Below, one piece after another: positions 59,048 through 64,000 of a stretch of 64,000 nucleotides of DNA (its first letter is position 1; each line of letters starts with the position of its first letter). This DNA is from an uncultured delta proteobacterium (GTDB lineage Bacteria > Myxococcota_A > UBA9160 > SZUA-336), in contig CAVPHD010000005.1 of assembly GCA_963704165.1 (NCBI GenBank), positions 128,001-192,000 on the forward strand, in the 5' to 3' direction. The position numbers and the translations under genes were made by a program. The notes under the pieces were generated by a model. That model saw only the letters and a list, made by a program, of their open reading frames with translations. It did no database searches and was not told where the DNA came from.

Positions 59048-60478
59048 TTAGCGCGGGTCGGTGTCCCACTCGGCGGCATCGGCGACGCGCACGAGCTTCA
59101 TCCAGGGCACACGCCGCTGATCGCCGGCGATGTGGCCGACGAGAAGCAGGAAGTCCGTACCCGAGAGGCGACCGATCTCGAGTTCGAGTTGGGCGAGGCT
59201 CATCTTGCCGCGAGGACAGAGCACGGGGCGCACGCCGTAGGGCAGCGCGAGCTTGCGCCAGGTTTCCTCGGAGCGAGTCGGCGCGACGATCGGTACGCCC
59301 GGCCGTTGGCGCGAGAGCAGCCGCGCCGCGATCCCTCCCCGCGACCACGTGACGATGGCTCGTGCGCTGCACTCGCGCGCGGTGCGCACGGCCGCCTGCG
59401 AGAAGACCACGAGTTCGCGGAGCTCACCCGAGACCCCCTCGATCGGCGTCTCGACCCGACTCGGGTAGGCGTCCTCGGTCGCATCGATGATCCGGCTCAT
59501 CGCGCGGCACGCGCGGACGGGATCGGCGCCGATCGCGGTCTCGTCGGAGAGCATCACGGCATCGGTGCCGTCGAGTACGGCGTTCGCGACGTCGGTGATC
59601 TCGGCGCGCGTCGGCCGCGACGCGGTCACCATCGATTGCAGCATCTGCGTCGCGGTGATCGTCGGCCGACCCGCGCGGATCGCCGCAAGCACGATCCGCT
59701 TCTGCTCGATCGGTACGCGTTCGTAGGGGATCTCGAGCGAGAGATCGCCTCGCGCGATCATCACCGCGTCGGCGCGCGCGAGGATCGCATCGAGGTTCTC
59801 GAGCGCGAGCTTCGTCTCGATCTTCGCGACCAGCGGCGTCGGCCGCCCGAGGCTCTTGAGCACGCGACGCACGGCCGAGAGGTCGTCCTCGGTGCGCACG
59901 TACGAGACGCCGACGAGGTCGATGCCGAGCTCGACGCCGAGCTCGAGATCGCGCAGGTCCTTCTCCGCCAGGATCGGTCGCGCCGACAATCCGCCCGGTG
60001 CGTTCACACCCTTGCCGCTCGTGATCGTACCGCCCACGACGACGCGGCAGTGGATCTCGCTGCCGTCTACGTCGAGAACCTCGAGCTCGACGGCACCGTC
60101 GCCGAGCAGGATCGGCCCGCCCGGCCGCGCCTCCTGCGCGAGGTACTCGTCCGGCACCGGCAGCGTGCGCGCATCGCCCTTCGACAGGCCGCAACCGAGC
60201 GTGACGAGCGCTCCGGTCTCGAGCACGAGCGTGGAGGGCTCGAGCTCTCCGAGCCGGATCTTCGGACCGGACAGGTCCTGCAAAACCGCCACGGGCTTGC
60301 CGGCTGCGAGCGACGCCTCGCGCAGCCTCGATACGGCCTCGCGATGCTCCGCCTCGGTCCCGTGCGCGAAGTTGATCCTCGCGACGTTCATTCCGGCGTC
60401 GATCAGGCCCCGCAGGGTCGCGTTCGAGCGAGAAGCCGGCCCGATGGTGCATACGATCCGAACGGCACGCGTGCGCAT
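59048..60478 (-). CDS. pyk: Pyruvate kinase
   Basis: IVCTIGPAS, ARINFAHG, DLSGPKIR, AKIE, MIARGDL, ATQMLQSM, PTRAE, DAVMLS. Confidence 0.96.
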   Translation of the reverse strand: MRTRAVRIVCTIGPASRSNATLRGLIDAGMNVARINFAHGTEAEHREAVSRLREASLAAGKPVAVLQDLSGPKIRLGELEPSTLVLETGALVTLGCGLSKGDARTLPVPDEYLAQEARPGGPILLGDGAVELEVLDVDGSEIHCRVVVGGTITSGKGVNAPGGLSARPILAEKDLRDLELGVELGIDLVGVSYVRTEDDLSAVRRVLKSLGRPTPLVAKIETKLALENLDAILARADAVMIARGDLSLEIPYERVPIEQKRIVLAAIRAGRPTITATQMLQSMVTASRPTRAEITDVANAVLDGTDAVMLSDETAIGADPVRACRAMSRIIDATEDAYPSRVETPIEGVSGELRELVVFSQAAVRTARECSARAIVTWSRGGIAARLLSRQRPGVPIVAPTRSEETWRKLALPYGVRPVLCPRGKMSLAQLELEIGRLSGTDFLLLVGHIAGDQRRVPWMKLVRVADAAEWDTDPR

Positions 60479-60496
60479 CTATTTCCCGCTACGGCA

Positions 60497-60512
60497 CGGC
60501 ATGGGCTTTGCT
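60497..60512 (+). promoter_or_regulatory. Possible sigma54 -24/-12 promoter upstream of fbaB
   Basis: CGGCATGGGCTTTGCT = GG-N10-GC with TTGC at -12. Confidence 0.4.
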
Positions 60513-60614
60513 TGACCATTTGCAGAGCGGCGGCCGCATCTGACTTGATGAGATAACATCTCCGAATCCTTCCGGGCGCGAGCCGTGAAGGGATAGGCAA
60601 TTGGAGGCAGAATC

Positions 60615-61537
60615 GTGACGACCAAGCGTGTGAAGGAAATCCTCTCCTGGTACAGCGCCGACAACGCGGGTACCAAGGCGAACCTGGCACGGATGCTGAA
60701 CCACGGACGGCTCGCGGGCACCGGCAAGATGGTGATCCTGCCCGTGGATCAGGGCTTCGAGCACGGCCCCGCGCGAAGCTTCGCGCCCAACTCCGCGGGC
60801 TACGACCCGCGTTACCACTTCGAGCTCGCGATCGACGCCGGCTGCAACGCCTACGCGGCGCCCCTCGGATTCCTCGAGGCGGGCGCCGCTGAATTCGCGG
60901 GCGACGTCCCGATGATCCTGAAGCTGAACAACAACGAGTCGCTCGCGAAGGGCGGCGAGCCGATTCCCGGCGATCACGGGGTCGGTGAACGAGGCGCTTC
61001 GCCTCGGCTGTGCGGCGATCGGCTTCACGATCTACCCGGGCTCGGGCGAGGCCAAGACGATGTACCAGCAGATCGCCGAGCTCACCGAGGAAGCCAAAGC
61101 GCTCGGGCCTTGCGGTCGTCGTCTGGTCCTATCCGCGCGGTGCTGGCGTCTCGAAGGAGGGCGAGACCGCGATCGACGTCGTCGCCTACGCGGCGCAGAT
61201 CGCCTGCCAGCTCGGCGCGCACGTCATCAAGGTGAAGCCGCCGACGGCTCACATCGAGCAGGCCGAGGCGAAGAAGGTCTACGAGAAGGAGAAGATCCCC
61301 GTTGGAACGCTCGCCGAGCGCGTGCGCCACGTGGTGCAGAGCGCCTTCGGCGGCCGACGCATCGTGATCTTCTCGGGCGGTCCCGCGAAGGGAAAGAAGG
61401 AAATCCTCGACGAGATCCGCGGCCTCGCCGACGGCGGCGCATTCGGCTCGATCATGGGCCGGAACTCGTTCCAGCGCCCGAAGACCGAGGCGATCGAGCT
61501 CCTGCACGAGGTGATGGACATCTACGCGAACGCTTGA
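60615..61537 (+). CDS. fbaB: Class I fructose-bisphosphate aldolase (DhnA type), two apparent frameshifts
   Basis: ILPVDQGFEHGP, ALRLGC.AIGFTIYPGS, WSYPRG, IKVK, FSGG, GRNSFQR; breaks near 60970 and 61105. Confidence 0.9.
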
Positions 61538-61562
61538 GGCTTTCCGGCCGTATAATCGGCCG

Positions 61563-62973
61563 ATGAACGACCCCATCCGGCTCTCGCTGGTCGAACTCAC
61601 CGGCGCCCTCCGGGCGCGCAAGCTCTCTCCCGTCGAGCTGATGACGGCGGTCTTCCGCCGCCTCGACGAGCGCAACTCGGAGCTGAACGCGGTCGTCGCC
61701 ATGTACGACCGCGAAGCGCTGCTCGCGCAGGCACGCGACGCCGAGGCGCGAATTGCGCGGGGCACGGCGCGGCCGCTCGAGGGTGTGCCACTCGGTGTGA
61801 AGGACCTCGAGGACTGCGCGGGGTTGATCACCTCGCACGGATCGATCCCGTACCGGGAGAACCTGGCCTCGCACGATTCGGTGCAGGTCTCGCGGCTTCG
61901 CTCGGCCGGCGCGATCCCGATCGGGAAGACGAATGCTCCGGAGTTCGGTCACACCGCGATCACGAAGAACCTGATCTTCGGCGTGACGCGAAACCCGTGG
62001 AATCCCGCGCTCACCCCCGGCGGATCGAGCGGGGGATCGTCGGCCGCGCTCTCGGCCTGCATGCTTCCGCTGGTCACCGCGAGCGACGGCGGCGGCTCGA
62101 CGCGAATTCCCGCGAGCTTCGTGGGTGCGTTCGGCATGAAGCCGACCTACGGCCGGATTCCGAACGAGTCGAAGAACCTCTGGTACTACGGCGACACGGC
62201 GGTGCAGGGACCGCTGACGAAGACCGTCGCCGACAACGCGCTGTATCTCGACGTCACCTCCGGCTACGCGCCGGAGGATCCGAGCTCGCTCCCGCACCCG
62301 GGCTTCTCCTATCTGTCGAAGCTCGCCGACGGTGTGCCGCGCAAGCTCCGAATCGCCTACTCACCGGATCTCGCCTATGCGGTCGTGCAGTCCGACATCG
62401 CGCAGGCCGTGTACGACGCTGCGCGGCTCTTCGAGAAGCTCGGCCACGAGGTCTGCGAGATCAAAGGCGGCCCGCCGAAGATGGGGCAGGCTTGGGGCAT
62501 GTGGGGCGCGTTCGAGATGGCCGCCGCGAACCTCCAGCACCTGCCGGCGCGCGAGGCGGACTTCAGCCGATCGGTGCTCGCCTCGATGAAGCTCGCCTGG
62601 AAGATGACACCGGAGTGGTTCAGGGAGCAGGCGACACGCAGGCTCGAGCTCTCGCGCTGGTGTCAGTCGATCTTCGCCGACTACGACCTCTTGATCACGC
62701 CGACCGTTCCCGTACGATCCGCCGCCCGCCAAAGGACCGTTCCCGCTCGAGACCGAGGGCCGGGAGCAGCTCGACTGGGGCGTGGCCTCGTTCACGATCC
62801 CGTTCAACCTGTCGCTTCACCCGGCCGCGTCGCTGCGCGTCGGGCTGTCGCGCGCGGGGCTTCCGATCGGCATGCAGATCGTCGCCGAGCGCCACCGCGA
62901 CGAGCTCGTCCTGCAGGCTGCGCACGCATTCGAGCGCGAGCGACCGTGGCACCCGCACTGGCCCGTGGCATAG
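61563..62973 (+). CDS. Amidase signature family protein, one apparent frameshift
   Basis: GVKD, GKTNAPEFG, GGSSGGS, SDGGGSTRIPAS; C-terminus FNL..HPA...GLPIGMQIV in another frame after about 62712. Confidence 0.9.
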
Positions 62974-62983
62974 TCCGCCAACC

Positions 62984-63424
62984 ATGAGGATCGCGCTCGC
63001 CTCCGACCACGCGGGTTTCGAGTTCAAGACGCGACTCGCCCGCGAGCTCGGCGAGCTCGGCCACGACGTGAGCGACTACGGCACCGATTCGCGGGAGTCG
63101 TGCGACTACCCGGACTTCGCGATCCCCGCTTCGCGCGCGGTGGCCGAGGGCAAGGCCGACCGCGCGATCCTGGCCTGCACCAACGGGATCGGCATGTCGA
63201 TGACCGCGAACCGGATTCCCGGGATTCGTGCCGCGCTCGTGTACAGCGCACGCGGAGCGACGATGACGCGGCAGCACCACGACTCGAACGTGCTCTGCCT
63301 GGGCGCGGGCGAGTTCCCCGCCGACGAGCTGATCGCCTGGGTGAAGCTCTGGCTCGAGACGAAGTTCGAGGGCGGGCGGCACGCGCGCCGAGTCGGCAAA
63401 TTCGAGGCGCTGGACAAGCCTTGA
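62984..63424 (+). CDS. rpiB: Ribose 5-phosphate isomerase B
   Basis: IALASDHAG, DYPDFA, CTNGIG, HHDSNVL, FEGGRHARRV. Confidence 0.93.
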   Translation: MRIALASDHAGFEFKTRLARELGELGHDVSDYGTDSRESCDYPDFAIPASRAVAEGKADRAILACTNGIGMSMTANRIPGIRAALVYSARGATMTRQHHDSNVLCLGAGEFPADELIAWVKLWLETKFEGGRHARRVGKFEALDKP

Positions 63425-63999
63425 TCGCGGCGCTCGAGGCCGCGGCTTCGCTCGTCCACGAGACCCTTCAGCCGACGCCGCAGCTCGAGTGGCCATTGCT
63501 CTCGGCGCGCTGCTTCGCGCGCGTGATCGTGAAGCACGAGAACCACCTGCCGACCGGCGCCTTCAAGCTCCGCGGCGGGCTCGTGTACATGCACGAGCTC
63601 CGGGCGAGCGAGCCCGGCCTGCGCGGCGTGATCGCGGCCACGCGCGGGAATCACGGCCAGAGCGTCGCTTCGGCCGCGCGCCGTTTCGGGCTGAATGCGA
63701 CGATCGTCGTGCCGCACGGGAACAGCCGCGAGAAGAATGCGGCGATGCGCGCGCAGGGTGCGAACCTGATCGAGCACGGGACGGACTTCCAGGACGCGTT
63801 CGAGCATGCGCAGGCGCTCGCCGCGCGCGACCGGCTTCACTTCGTCGGGTCGTTCCACCCGACGCTGGTTCGCGGCGTGGCCTCGTGCGCGCTCGAGCTC
63901 TTCGCGGCGGTTCCGGATCTGGACCTGCTCTATGTGCCGGTCGGGCTCGGGTCGGGCATCTGCGCGGCGCTCGAGGTGCGCGACGCGCTCGGGCTGCGC
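63421..63999 (+). CDS. PLP-dependent threonine/serine dehydratase family protein, 3'-truncated by the window
   Basis: Not in the ORF track. TTG overlaps the rpiB stop; KHENHLPTGAFKLRGG, ATRGNHGQS, VPVGLGSG. Confidence 0.88.
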   Translation, partial: MIAALEAAASLVHETLQPTPQLEWPLLSARCFARVIVKHENHLPTGAFKLRGGLVYMHELRASEPGLRGVIAATRGNHGQSVASAARRFGLNATIVVPHGNSREKNAAMRAQGANLIEHGTDFQDAFEHAQALAARDRLHFVGSFHPTLVRGVASCALELFAAVPDLDLLYVPVGLGSGICAALEVRDALGLR

Positions 64000-64000
64000 A

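Overview
Gene-dense, very GC-rich (roughly 70% by eye) bacterial chromosomal window from a diderm organism (BamD, AlgE-type porin). Gene order and protein style suggest a Myxococcota/deltaproteobacterium-like lineage (inference). Content: the 3' end of a large beta-helix-like surface protein, bamD, a housekeeping block (pgsA-like, DUF1844, ispE, tRNA-Gln, prs, rplY, pth, rpsF, rpsR, rplI, dnaB), a murein-peptide recycling trio (S66 LD-carboxypeptidase, serine hydrolase, mpl), efp, thiD, Mrp, and many accessory or metabolic genes. About nine genes carry apparent single-base frameshifts in patches, most likely long-read errors. The strongest hidden signal is an AhpD/CMD-like gene split by an in-frame TGA in a CxxU motif with a downstream SECIS-like hairpin (probable 393-aa selenoprotein, 43993-45174). 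Also notable: a GNAT fused in frame to an exported TSP3/dockerin-like/SGNH hydrolase; an ATP-grasp ligase/dead transglutaminase-7TM operon flanked by two secreted peptidases; an S53 protease whose last Ig-like domain is split by a membrane hairpin with an internal lipobox; and a surface protein with 16 x 35-aa Asp/Cys repeats. No CRISPR array, rRNA, transposase or integrase was seen.
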